A program made the position numbers and the translations under genes. From positions 1-36,312 of the forward strand of contig QMSR01000001.1 in NCBI GenBank assembly GCA_003649695.1: a stretch of 36,312 nt of DNA. The letters are read 5' to 3'. Positions within the stretch are counted from its first letter, which is position 1. Every line of letters starts with the position of its first letter. Positions 15,166 through 23,814 of this stretch are shown here, one piece after another. This stretch comes from Thermoplasmata archaeon (GTDB lineage: Archaea; Thermoplasmatota; Thermoplasmata; Thermoplasmatales; B87-G9). The notes under the pieces were generated by a model. It was not told the DNA's origin and ran no database searches. It saw only the letters and a list, made by a program, of their open reading frames with translations.

Positions 15166-16547
15166 ATCTCCACCTCCTTCTTCTGCGACCAATTCCCATC
15201 TACTGGAGTGACCTCAGCTTCGATCTCTAATGGGACGTTGATCCATTTCCACCGCCTCGTCAATTTCTTCGTCATCACATAATTTGCCAATGCCAAAAAA
15301 TCATCTAGTTCTTCATGCGGGACATCAGCTACAATACTATCATGAATCTGCCCTACAATCAAAGTCTTCATGTGTCTCTTTCTCAATTCCTTCAGCACCA
15401 ACTGGATGAGCGACCATAAGAGACAATGAAACGCAGAGCCTTGGACCGGATAATTGATAATCTCATTCCTCTTCATGTATCCTTGGCAGATGAATCCGGT
15501 CTTTGTTTTCATCCACCCTCTTTCCTGATATTTCTTGACCCATCTCTGCTTCCATCTTGCATACACTGAGAATCGTTTTTCCCAGAAATGCTTCTCCACC
15601 TGCTGAATATGGTGCTCAAATGTTCCTTTCACAGGTTTTTCCTTTGGATCTAGATCACCCAATCTTTTGATTCCTTGAGACTTCAGATGCTCTTTCAATG
15701 GGGTTCCTGAAGCTGTTTCCAGATGCATCGAATCTATGGCCTCCCATAGACTTCTGGCGCAATCCAGATACCAGTCACCGTAGAATTGTGGAAAGACAAA
15801 CATATTCTTCCCGCAATATCTCACTTTTTTCGTCACTTCATCTTGCGAGAGCCGATAGCATTCCATCGCCATATCACGATGCATGTCCTTGGTCTCATCA
15901 CAGATGTATTCGATCATCACTGGGTCTTTATGGTAACAGGCTGCTACCCTCACCTCTATTCCCGAGTAATCCAGCTCCACCAAATGACGACCTTTTCTGG
16001 CAATGAATGCCGTGCGCACCAGCTTCCCTATCTCTTCATTGCGAATCGGGATATTCTGAAAATTTGGAGAGTCAGAAGAAGACCGGAAGGTAGATGCCAG
16101 ATGAAGATTGAATACAGGGTGAACATACCCATCCACCACCTCTCTCTTCACTCCCTTCAAATATGTCCCGACAGCCTTCTCTAATTTCTTGATCTCCAGA
16201 TAGGATTGGACAAAGGGATGGTCAATCGCTGTCAATGCCTTCTCGTCTGTCTTTGGTTTTCCTGACGAGGTCAATGCCGTAGATTTATACCCCATTTCAT
16301 TGAATAGGATATCACCTAGCTGAACAGTAGAATTGATGTTGGTTTTCCTCTTGTATTTCTTCCGCCATAATTTCATGATCTCACTGCTGTCATTCCTGGC
16401 CTTGAGCCTTTTAATTCTCCTCTGCGTCCTGATTATCGCATTATCCAAATATTTTTCATCAATCCGGAGCCCAGCACCTTCCACTCTCGCGAGAGCCAAG
16501 GATCCTTGATGAAGCAATTGGTATGCATTGATATCATATGGTATCAC
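15156..16547 (-). CDS. Family A DNA polymerase, polymerase (palm/fingers/thumb) portion only
   Basis: Motif A VELDYSGIEVRV, motif B RYCGKNMFVFPQFYG, motif C QIHDSIV. No ATG near the 5' end. GTG at 16547 (TTG at 16550) with AAGGAG 7 nt upstream. Confidence 0.9.
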   Translation of the reverse strand: MIPYDINAYQLLHQGSLALARVEGAGLRIDEKYLDNAIIRTQRRIKRLKARNDSSEIMKLWRKKYKRKTNINSTVQLGDILFNEMGYKSTALTSSGKPKTDEKALTAIDHPFVQSYLEIKKLEKAVGTYLKGVKREVVDGYVHPVFNLHLASTFRSSSDSPNFQNIPIRNEEIGKLVRTAFIARKGRHLVELDYSGIEVRVAACYHKDPVMIEYICDETKDMHRDMAMECYRLSQDEVTKKVRYCGKNMFVFPQFYGDWYLDCARSLWEAIDSMHLETASGTPLKEHLKSQGIKRLGDLDPKEKPVKGTFEHHIQQVEKHFWEKRFSVYARWKQRWVKKYQERGWMKTKTGFICQGYMKRNEIINYPVQGSAFHCLLWSLIQLVLKELRKRHMKTLIVGQIHDSIVADVPHEELDDFLALANYVMTKKLTRRWKWINVPLEIEAEVTPVDGNWSQKKEVEICH

Positions 16548-17736
16548 CAATAATCTCCTTCTGCCGTTCCATGATCATATATTCTATGAGGCTGTCCAAT
16601 CCATTATATACCAACAGATCTCTAGTACCTATCTGATCTATACTATTCAGGAGATTGGCATGCTTAGATTTGAGATATGGAAAGATATGAGAATTGTAAT
16701 CAGAAATGCCCAAAAGTGAGTAGGCTTGGAATTTGACGGAGGTGACATGCGAATGATTGGTGAGGACATGAGCCATCAGCATGGTGTCCCAATACCAGTT
16801 CTCCACTCTACATCCCAGTTTCGCCTTTGTCCATCGCTCCTCATATTTGATGTTGGCTGCTACCTTTCTCAGAGGTGATTGCACCACTCGCCTAAGAGCT
16901 CTATGCTCCTTTTCAGTGATCATACAGGCGAAGGTATCCTCACCATTCAAACAAAAAGAAACGCTGACAATGCGTTGCTCAGCTCGCTCTGGCTTCAATC
17001 CCGTCCCTTCGTAATCAAATGCGACGATGCCTTTCTTCTTTGCGAGATCAGCCATTCTCTTACGTGCCAGACGTGGTGATGTAATGATTTCGATCTTCGA
17101 CTCCAGGTCACTCAATGAAACAGGTGGCAAAGGCTCTTTCTCCAATGACATCGCATGCTCAAGATGACGGCGAAATATGCCCATGAGACATTCATCTTTG
17201 CCCATCCGCAAGATATATGAGGGGTGATATGTAGGACAGAGCCATGCGCGATGTGTACTGCTCGGAATGGTGAGACCAGCCCACTTTGAGATCGCACTTG
17301 TGTCCTTCTGATTCTCCCCTGTCAAAATACTACGTAGAGCGGAGCCTCCTAATAAGATGATGACTCTAGGTTTTAGGTCTCTTATGGTGTTGAGCAATGA
17401 TGCTCTGCAACATGAAATCATATAGGGTTCAATCTTATTCTCCGGAGGACGACATATTACAGCATTGGTCTTCCAGCAATCCTCCAGATCTACTCCTATC
17501 GACTTCAGGGTTCCTCTGAGCAAGTTTCCAGCATCACCGATCAATTGAACACCCTGACGGTCCTCTTGCTCTCCTGGAGCCTCGGCGACGAAGAGGACTT
17601 TATGCCTGCCCTTGCCAGTAGGTTTCATCTTGGGGCTGAGGCATTTTTTTGCCAGACCACATTCACCACATTTTGGAATGGTGGAAAGCCTGGGAGCCTT
17701 CCTTTCATAACTGTGAGGCGAGAAAAATCCTGCCAT
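16534..17736 (-). CDS. Family-4 UDG-like domain fused to the Pol A-type 3'-5' exonuclease domain
   Basis: UDG-like region: CGECGLAKKC, FVAEAPGEQED, GDAGNLL, HPSYILR. Exonuclease: ExoI AFDYEGTGL and ExoIII YNGLDSL. The ORF ends 14 nt inside the polymerase ORF. Confidence 0.85.
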   Translation of the reverse strand: MAGFFSPHSYERKAPRLSTIPKCGECGLAKKCLSPKMKPTGKGRHKVLFVAEAPGEQEDRQGVQLIGDAGNLLRGTLKSIGVDLEDCWKTNAVICRPPENKIEPYMISCCRASLLNTIRDLKPRVIILLGGSALRSILTGENQKDTSAISKWAGLTIPSSTHRAWLCPTYHPSYILRMGKDECLMGIFRRHLEHAMSLEKEPLPPVSLSDLESKIEIITSPRLARKRMADLAKKKGIVAFDYEGTGLKPERAEQRIVSVSFCLNGEDTFACMITEKEHRALRRVVQSPLRKVAANIKYEERWTKAKLGCRVENWYWDTMLMAHVLTNHSHVTSVKFQAYSLLGISDYNSHIFPYLKSKHANLLNSIDQIGTRDLLVYNGLDSLIEYMIMERQKEIIGDTI

Positions 17737-18780
17737 TTAATCATCCTTTTCTTGTGCTTCGAGGGATGCTACGAATCGCAGGCCATCTATCACTGCCAGC
17801 ATTCGTTCCTTGCTGATGATGACCCGATACGTCTTCTTAATCAGCTCCTTGAGGAAGAGAGGGTGAATGGTGAACACAATATCTGGCCCATCATACTTGA
17901 TCCTCTTGGTCTCACGAAACCACCCTCCGTCCTTGCGTGATGAGACTTTCAGCTGACCTTCAGAGAATGATAATGTCACCTGAGATTCCCAATCTCCTAT
18001 GGATGAAGATGGAGTGTCCATGACAGAAGCTCTGTCCAGTATTTCTACCAAATTCTTGGGAAGCGAAACTGTCTCTCCTTCCACTTCAAAAAATTCGTCA
18101 ATCATCTCTTTGTCGTAATATTTCTCTCTCGACACGATGGCTGAAATGATCATCTTATCGTCTGTCTGAAAATGACACCATCCTTCATTCTTGTCAACCC
18201 CGACCTTCACCAGATTCTGCTTGCATATTGCAAAGACAGAGGAGGCATGAAGGAGAACTGAACCAGGAAAACCTGTACTCAGAGTATACTGCAGAACCCG
18301 ATAACTATCAGTCGCCTCCACGCGATCTTTGGCAATATGGACATGAGTGGTCTTTGGTGCGGTCTCATCCTGGCCACACACTCGAGCACACTGCAATAGA
18401 GATTCCTGCAGATCCTTGTTGACCTTCTTCATCGTCCCGGGGCGAGGAACCTGATCATATGGGAGCAATATTTCTGACATGAGTGTGATTCCTGCTCGCC
18501 TGCGCCTTCCTTTGATAATCAACTCATTCCCTCGTGTGGATATGTCCACCTCATCATCGGGAAATCGCTGCAACATCTTGAGAAAATCAGAAGCTCTCAC
18601 TGCTCCAGTAATCTCATCATTGAATGGGGAGGGGGCTCTTGTCAACACTTCACCATCAAATGTGACCAGCTCACCCTCATTAAAGACGAAGCAACTGCTC
18701 TGCTCAAAAACCTCTTTCACAGTCAGAGCAATAGAGGCATCAGTCAGCCTTTTTCTTACCACCTCTCTTTTTACCTGCAT
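17737..18780 (-). CDS. Sliding clamp, DnaN (beta)-like, ~347 aa (tentative)
   Basis: Size and three-domain-like repetitive beta pattern, plus its position between the polymerase and the modification genes. ATG at 18780 preceded by TAGGAGAAAGA. There is no strong motif to anchor the call. Confidence 0.5.
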   Translation of the reverse strand: MQVKREVVRKRLTDASIALTVKEVFEQSSCFVFNEGELVTFDGEVLTRAPSPFNDEITGAVRASDFLKMLQRFPDDEVDISTRGNELIIKGRRRRAGITLMSEILLPYDQVPRPGTMKKVNKDLQESLLQCARVCGQDETAPKTTHVHIAKDRVEATDSYRVLQYTLSTGFPGSVLLHASSVFAICKQNLVKVGVDKNEGWCHFQTDDKMIISAIVSREKYYDKEMIDEFFEVEGETVSLPKNLVEILDRASVMDTPSSSIGDWESQVTLSFSEGQLKVSSRKDGGWFRETKRIKYDGPDIVFTIHPLFLKELIKKTYRVIISKERMLAVIDGLRFVASLEAQEKDD

Positions 18781-18897
18781 TCTTTCTCCTATCTTGTATG
18801 ATTTCCTCAAATTCACTGTCAAGATAATGGTACGACAATAGACGGTTACGAATGGATACATCAGGGGGCCAGCATCTTACTCCCGCAAAATAAATCT

Positions 18898-19836
18898 TCA
18901 TATGAGCCCTCTCTTCATCGACTTGAATGGGCGAGGCCATTCTATCCTCTTTTCCACCTCCTCCATATACCTCATATTGACCACTGCCCGAACCGCGACT
19001 GAATTAGACACTCCAGCCACCTCAATCTTCTCGACAATGACATGATCCTCATGCCGACAAAATATGTTTTCTTCGCCCCTGGCTGATACCTTGTATTTTC
19101 TCTCCTCTCTACGATATGACGATTTCCCTATCACCACTCCCATGTCCTTGAGATATTTATCCACCTGCTTCTTGTGTGCTGCATTCATAGAATCATAATG
19201 AGCACCCTTTTCTTTCCGCAGATCGTTCTTGGTGGAGAAATTCACCACACGAGGTGTCTTGAGATAATTTCGTTCTCCGTCTGGCTCAGTCCAAGGAATC
19301 ATCACCCCGCCATACATAGCACACCTCAACCATGATGCACTGTCACACGAATACCATGGATACCTCAGCATCAAAGGGACTGACGTCACCGCAAACCCAT
19401 GAAACTTGGCCTTGGGCATGCCTTTGTCATCACACACGATTCGCATGCATTGATCAAGCCACAACTGTCTCTGATAAGATGTGCGATCATTTGCAGGGGA
19501 TATTCCAAAGTATGGGACACCTCGACGAATAAATCGCCGCAGCCATTTGAAGTCATCGTTCTGATGGAAGACTGGAAGAACCTTTTCCACTGGCAGACCT
19601 GCCTTCAGCATACGCTGATAATTTTTCCATCCCAGCTCACAGGATGTCTCAATATTTTCTCTGGTGAGAGAAGCCTTGTCACCGGGCCTGCCTGGAATGA
19701 CGTCTAGTGCAACAATGACATCAATCACATCGAGGTGGTCTTTGCAGAATTCAATGTATGCGTCCAGGTCGACCTCAGACCCCTTTGTCCAGACCGAGAA
19801 CGCTCCAGAATCCATCATCAAAAGTTCGACGCTCAT
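18898..19836 (-). CDS. dpdA: DpdA-like DNA (7-deaza)guanine transglycosylase (TGT superfamily)
   Basis: MDSGAFS (compare TGT DSGGFQ), HGFAVTS, SCDSASW. Its ATG overlaps the queF stop by 1 nt (TAATG). Embedded in the preQ pathway genes. Confidence 0.75.
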   Translation of the reverse strand: MSVELLMMDSGAFSVWTKGSEVDLDAYIEFCKDHLDVIDVIVALDVIPGRPGDKASLTRENIETSCELGWKNYQRMLKAGLPVEKVLPVFHQNDDFKWLRRFIRRGVPYFGISPANDRTSYQRQLWLDQCMRIVCDDKGMPKAKFHGFAVTSVPLMLRYPWYSCDSASWLRCAMYGGVMIPWTEPDGERNYLKTPRVVNFSTKNDLRKEKGAHYDSMNAAHKKQVDKYLKDMGVVIGKSSYRREERKYKVSARGEENIFCRHEDHVIVEKIEVAGVSNSVAVRAVVNMRYMEEVEKRIEWPRPFKSMKRGLI

Positions 19837-20297
19837 TATTCCCTCAATTCCATTCTGATTGCAGGAGTATGGAACCCTTCTTTCTGACTCCATGTAGCAT
19901 GCACTCTGATGGCGAGTGCTCCCCTTGGTGCAAAATCACCTATGACATTCATGTAGACAGGATAAGATACCTGCACAAAATCACGCAGAATCTTTCCTGT
20001 GATACTCTCCATGAATGCTCCGAAATTCCGATAGGCGAACATGTAGAGCTTGATGCTCTTGCTCTCCAGACACACCTTATTCGGAATATATCGCACGGTA
20101 ATGGTGGCGAAATCTGGCTGGCCGGTCTTCGGGCAGAGAGAGGTGAACTCAGGGAAGCTCATCTCCACCATATAATCATCTCCGACATGACGATTTGGGA
20201 AGACCTCCAGCATCTCAACGCAAGGCTCTTCATACGTGTAATCCGTCTTATTGGACCCCAATGATTTCAATTTGCTCACATCATCCAATACAGCCAT
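19836..20297 (-). CDS. queF: NADPH-dependent 7-cyano-7-deazaguanine (preQ0) reductase, unimodular type
   Basis: EFTSLCPKTGQPDFATI (catalytic Cys/Asp) and the QueF motif ESKSIKLYMF. Close overall resemblance to Bacillus-type QueF as I recall it. Confidence 0.85.
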   Translation of the reverse strand: MAVLDDVSKLKSLGSNKTDYTYEEPCVEMLEVFPNRHVGDDYMVEMSFPEFTSLCPKTGQPDFATITVRYIPNKVCLESKSIKLYMFAYRNFGAFMESITGKILRDFVQVSYPVYMNVIGDFAPRGALAIRVHATWSQKEGFHTPAIRMELRE

Positions 20298-20306
20298 TCC
20301 TTCTCC

Positions 20307-21221
20307 TTATCCTCGAACAATAGTCAGAAATTCCTCTTTCACACCCTTCTCAGATTTGAAGACACCTTCGAGTGAAGATGTCACCATGATAGAATTTTGC
20401 TTCTCCACCCCTCTACTCGTCATGCAGAAATGTTGTGCCTCAAGAAGACATGCTGCTCCGAGTGGGCGAAGTTCTTTCATCAGAATGCTGGTGACTTGAC
20501 GACATATCCTCTCCTGGATCTGCAGACGGCGGGCGAAACACTCTAGCAATCGCGCCAGTTTGCTGATCCCCACCACCTTACCATCAGGAATGTAGGCTAT
20601 ATGAGCCTTGCCAAAGAATGGTAGAATATGATGCTCACAGGTGGAATAGAACTCGATGTCCTTCAGAACCACCATCTCATCTGATGAATCGTCCTCAAAT
20701 GTTTTGAGGATGTCTTTCGGATCCTGCCTGTATCCTCCATATAATTTATACCATGACCGAACCACTCTTTCCGGAGTCTCCAGCAACCCCTCCCTCTGAA
20801 CATCCTCACCAATATACTGCAGCATACGAACGACATTCTCCTCAGGACCTCGCTCCGCATTCATCCTCTCCCACGGGAACTCCACCCACCTATTCTTCCA
20901 TGATGAATTACGCTTGTCGATGAGACACATCCCTCGAGGATTTCCAGTGGTCTTTTTCCACATCTTCATGGTCCTTCCGGAATCATAGATGTCATCCACA
21001 ATGATATCAGCCAGACCACTATCCTCTGTGATGGATAATAGAGGTGAATGTTGAGCAATGGCCATCGCTGCATACACCCCTCCTCGAGGAATGCCAAAAA
21101 GACGGGCTCCTTCTGGCCATATGTCAAGAATGGCACGAGCACATTGTTTCGCTATATCCTTGACATCCTTCCAACTCAAGCGATAGATATCACTTTGTGC
21201 ATCTGAACACTCAGGCGCCAT
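20307..21221 (-). CDS. folE: Fusion protein: N-terminal type-I phosphoribosyltransferase-like domain (aa 1-120) plus GTP cyclohydrolase I (aa ~125-304)
   Basis: PRTase: LFGIPRGGVY, PRPP loop DIIVDDIYDSGRT, WVEFPWE. FolE: STCEHHILPFFGKAH, GISKLARLLECFARRLQIQER. AAGGAG lies 8 nt upstream of ATG 21221. Confidence 0.85.
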   Translation of the reverse strand: MAPECSDAQSDIYRLSWKDVKDIAKQCARAILDIWPEGARLFGIPRGGVYAAMAIAQHSPLLSITEDSGLADIIVDDIYDSGRTMKMWKKTTGNPRGMCLIDKRNSSWKNRWVEFPWERMNAERGPEENVVRMLQYIGEDVQREGLLETPERVVRSWYKLYGGYRQDPKDILKTFEDDSSDEMVVLKDIEFYSTCEHHILPFFGKAHIAYIPDGKVVGISKLARLLECFARRLQIQERICRQVTSILMKELRPLGAACLLEAQHFCMTSRGVEKQNSIMVTSSLEGVFKSEKGVKEEFLTIVRG

Positions 21222-21820
21222 AATGGGTTCTCCTTCACGAATTTGACTGCTGGCTGAAAATCTTCGGACAATGGCTGGATGTATAGGTGTCTGAATCGAT
21301 GCCGCAACATTGGTCCATACCTTCTCAATAGACCAATATCACCATTAGGATCCAGCACCACCTTCAGCTCATCTCCGCACCACTTCGAATCCACAAAATA
21401 TGACTCAATAATCTCATCAGATTGCACACCCAATTTCGGTGAGACCGTAATCCAATTGAGAATGTTACTCTGCCTCAAATCCTGCAATACAGGACGAGCC
21501 AGATTTGTCCCATTGGTCTCCATTGCTATCATGCACATAGGGAGTGATGTATGCAATGCAGTCACCAATTCTGCATATTTATGAATGGTAGGCTCCCCAC
21601 CAGTAATCACCACCAAAATATCCGAATGATCATGCGGAATCTGATGACTGATAGCCTTCACCACCTCATCTGCCGAACAATAGAATCTCGGAGGGACATG
21701 AGTATCACACCATGGACATTTCAGATTGCATCCCCATAGACGAAGGAATATTGCAGCTCTGCCTGTCCAATACCCTTCACCTTGAAGAGAGTAAAAGATT
21801 TCACTCACGGGATATACCAT
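21176..21820 (-). CDS. queE: 7-carboxy-7-deazaguanine synthase (radical SAM)
   Basis: EIFYSLQGEGYWTG, Fe-S cluster motif CNLKCPWCDT, and ITGGEPT. Confidence 0.85.
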   Translation of the reverse strand: MVYPVSEIFYSLQGEGYWTGRAAIFLRLWGCNLKCPWCDTHVPPRFYCSADEVVKAISHQIPHDHSDILVVITGGEPTIHKYAELVTALHTSLPMCMIAMETNGTNLARPVLQDLRQSNILNWITVSPKLGVQSDEIIESYFVDSKWCGDELKVVLDPNGDIGLLRRYGPMLRHRFRHLYIQPLSEDFQPAVKFVKENPLWRLSVQMHKVISIA

Positions 21821-22176
21821 GCTTTGTTCCCTTCGCTTTCCTGGACCTCCACCTGTTCCACGCGAGCTGATGAGTTAGAGAATGACAGGTGATTGTCAAC
21901 CTCCTCAGCAATCCACTTAGCGATATTCTCTGCCGTAGGGTTGATAATTTCTTCTGCGCCCACCACATCATTGATGCATTGATGATCCAGCTTATGCACT
22001 ATCTCCTTGAGAGATTTAAAGTCAATTACCATGCCTGTGCAATCCAATTCCTCTGCCTGCACTGTCACCACGATGATCCAATTATGTCCATGCATATTCT
22101 TACAAGCGGAATCATATGGCAAGTCCAGCCAATGAGCCCCTGCAACCTCGATTCGTTTTGACACTCGGAACATCAT
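21805..22176 (-). CDS. queD: 6-carboxy-5,6,7,8-tetrahydropterin synthase (PTPS family)
   Basis: AHWL...CKNMHGHNW, a size of ~120 aa, and its genomic context. Confidence 0.85.
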   Translation of the reverse strand: MMFRVSKRIEVAGAHWLDLPYDSACKNMHGHNWIIVVTVQAEELDCTGMVIDFKSLKEIVHKLDHQCINDVVGAEEIINPTAENIAKWIAEEVDNHLSFSNSSARVEQVEVQESEGNKAWYIP

Positions 22177-22835
22177 TTCTCCTCGTATGCGACCGGATCC
22201 GTCTTTCCAATGAGCCGAAATGCTTCAAGCCTCTCCTGACAGGCTCCACATTTACCACAGGCAAGAGGCTGATGCTTGTAACACGTCCTGGTCATCTCAT
22301 ATGGGACACCATGCTCATATCCCCACCTCAAGATGGACTCCTTGTCACTGTAGATGAAAGGAGCTTCCAGGCACACCTTATTATCTGTGCCAGCCATGAC
22401 TGCATCATTCATGGCTATCAAAAATTCGGGCCTGCAATCTGGATAGATGGCATGATCACCGCTATGAATGCCGAGAAATATCTTCCCAGCACCATTCGAT
22501 TCAGCAATGCCGGCCAAAATAGATGTGAATATCATGTTCCGGCCAGGCACCACCGTGAGCTTCATATTCTCATCCTCATAATGACCTTCCGGGATCTCAC
22601 CTCCACTGAGAAGCAGGTTGGACTTCAGCGCCTTTCCGACATTGCTCAGATCCAGCCGAATGAGATCAATTCCGAAATGCTGACAGAGACGGACAGCACA
22701 CTCACGCTCATATTCATTGTGCTTGCTGCCATAGGTAAAATTGACTGCCAGCGTCTTTCCCAAGATGTCCGAATACCTCAAAACAGTCGCAGAATCCATT
22801 CCACCTGATACGGATACCACGTGCTCATAACTCAT
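22173..22835 (-). CDS. queC: 7-cyano-7-deazaguanine (preQ0) synthase
   Basis: PP-loop SVSGGMDS and C-terminal zinc site C-x8-CGKCGAC. ATG at 22835 preceded by TAAGGAGGAGAATA. Confidence 0.9.
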   Translation of the reverse strand: MSYEHVVSVSGGMDSATVLRYSDILGKTLAVNFTYGSKHNEYERECAVRLCQHFGIDLIRLDLSNVGKALKSNLLLSGGEIPEGHYEDENMKLTVVPGRNMIFTSILAGIAESNGAGKIFLGIHSGDHAIYPDCRPEFLIAMNDAVMAGTDNKVCLEAPFIYSDKESILRWGYEHGVPYEMTRTCYKHQPLACGKCGACQERLEAFRLIGKTDPVAYEEK

Positions 22836-22850
22836 TATTCTCCTCCTTAA

Positions 22851-22904
22851 ATAAAACGCCTGAGAGCCCAGCACTTAATATCCATAAGGCTGGGCTGACT
22901 CAGG
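22851..22904 (-). terminator. Rho-independent terminator immediately upstream of the queC RBS
   Basis: Minus strand: CCTGAGTCAGCCCAGC, 16-nt loop, GCTGGGCTCTCAGG, then CGTTTTATTT, running directly into AAGGAGG. Confidence 0.6.
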
Positions 22905-22912
22905 TTGTAGAT

Positions 22913-23485
22913 TTACTTTTGAAACGACAGTTTCTTGTTGCTGTCCTCGACCAGCAGTTTCTCAAACGGATTGTAGGTAGGATTCTTCCCGTCCGACAGA
23001 TAAGTCCGAATGGTGGTTTCCTTTGCGTCCTCAACCATGTCTTGGACAAATTCCACCACCTCCGCCCGAGTCCGCTTCTTCTTCAGGGCCTTGACAATGG
23101 CAGCAAGGATCTCATTCTTCTTGGCAGTCCTGGCTGAACGAGTGGAAGACTCCTTATTGGCAGACTTTTTGGTGGAAGACTTCTTCTTGGACTTGGCCGG
23201 GGGTTCATCCTCGTCATCGTCCTCATCCTCGTTGTCCTCATCATTCTCTTCGTCCTGTCCTTCCTCACCATCGTTTTCGTCGTCCTCGTCGTCGTCTTCG
23301 ATCTGCACCTCAAAACCAATTGAGGCAAAATATTCAATTTCCTCATCTGTCAGATCGATGTCTTCCGGGACACCATTTTTCTCCACCTCTCGAATGATCT
23401 TCTTCTCTGCCCGGTCTGCGGAAATCTTTGCCGTGTAGTTGAGGCCGAGCTTGTCCATCAACTTCACCAATTTTGCACGAGTCAT
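22913..23485 (-). CDS. Acidic/basic low-complexity protein with small globular ends (possible DNA- or chromatin-associated protein)
   Basis: ATG at 23485 after GGAAAAGGAGAAGAA. Central D/E/N run followed by EPPAKSKKKSSTKKS. It shares a 49-nt identical DNA segment with the SSB gene. Confidence 0.6.
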   Translation of the reverse strand: MTRAKLVKLMDKLGLNYTAKISADRAEKKIIREVEKNGVPEDIDLTDEEIEYFASIGFEVQIEDDDEDDENDGEEGQDEENDEDNEDEDDDEDEPPAKSKKKSSTKKSANKESSTRSARTAKKNEILAAIVKALKKKRTRAEVVEFVQDMVEDAKETTIRTYLSDGKNPTYNPFEKLLVEDSNKKLSFQK

Positions 23486-23554
23486 TTCTTCTCCTTTTCC
23501 TTTCCTGAACAACAAAACAAAATAAAAATTCTTACACCACATTATCATCATGAA

Positions 23555-23806
23555 TCAATGAGAATGTGATAATTTTCTCATAATTTTTATTTTTCTCTTC
23601 GGAGGAGTATATTTGGAGCGCCATCTGTCTCCTCTCCTCTGACACCATTCCATGACCTCCTTCATGTGATTGTTCCATCGGGTGACACTAGCCACTCCAC
23701 GAATCTGATCATCTGTGCGTCCACGCATCGCCATATCACGCACAAAATCACGAGGAGTACGAGGCTTCGGTTTCTCTTGTTTGATGAATTCTTGATAAGT
23801 GAGCAT
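23555..23806 (-). CDS. Hypothetical basic protein
   Basis: ATG at 23806 preceded by TAGGAGGAGAT. The track start at 23875 would overlap the helicase gene. Confidence 0.5.
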   Translation of the reverse strand: MLTYQEFIKQEKPKPRTPRDFVRDMAMRGRTDDQIRGVASVTRWNNHMKEVMEWCQRRGDRWRSKYTPPKRKIKIMRKLSHSH

Positions 23807-23814
23807 ATCTCCTC

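Noticed and set aside
16534-16550. Programmed ribosomal frameshift joining the exonuclease and polymerase ORFs
   Set aside because: The polymerase frame is +1 (not -1) relative to the exonuclease frame and I see no obvious slippery site. An AAGGAG plus GTG initiation signal sits at the right distance. A split gene with coupled re-initiation is the simpler reading, but this is not excluded experimentally.
18740-18940. ORF with an internal ATG at 18901 that overlaps the dpdA stop (ATGA), giving a 53-aa product (MKIYFAGVRCWPP...)
   Set aside because: It would overlap the SD-supported clamp start at 18780 by 41 nt, and its basic tail comes from that overlap. A TTGACA-containing promoter-like sequence also lies in this gap. 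The evidence is insufficient to call it.
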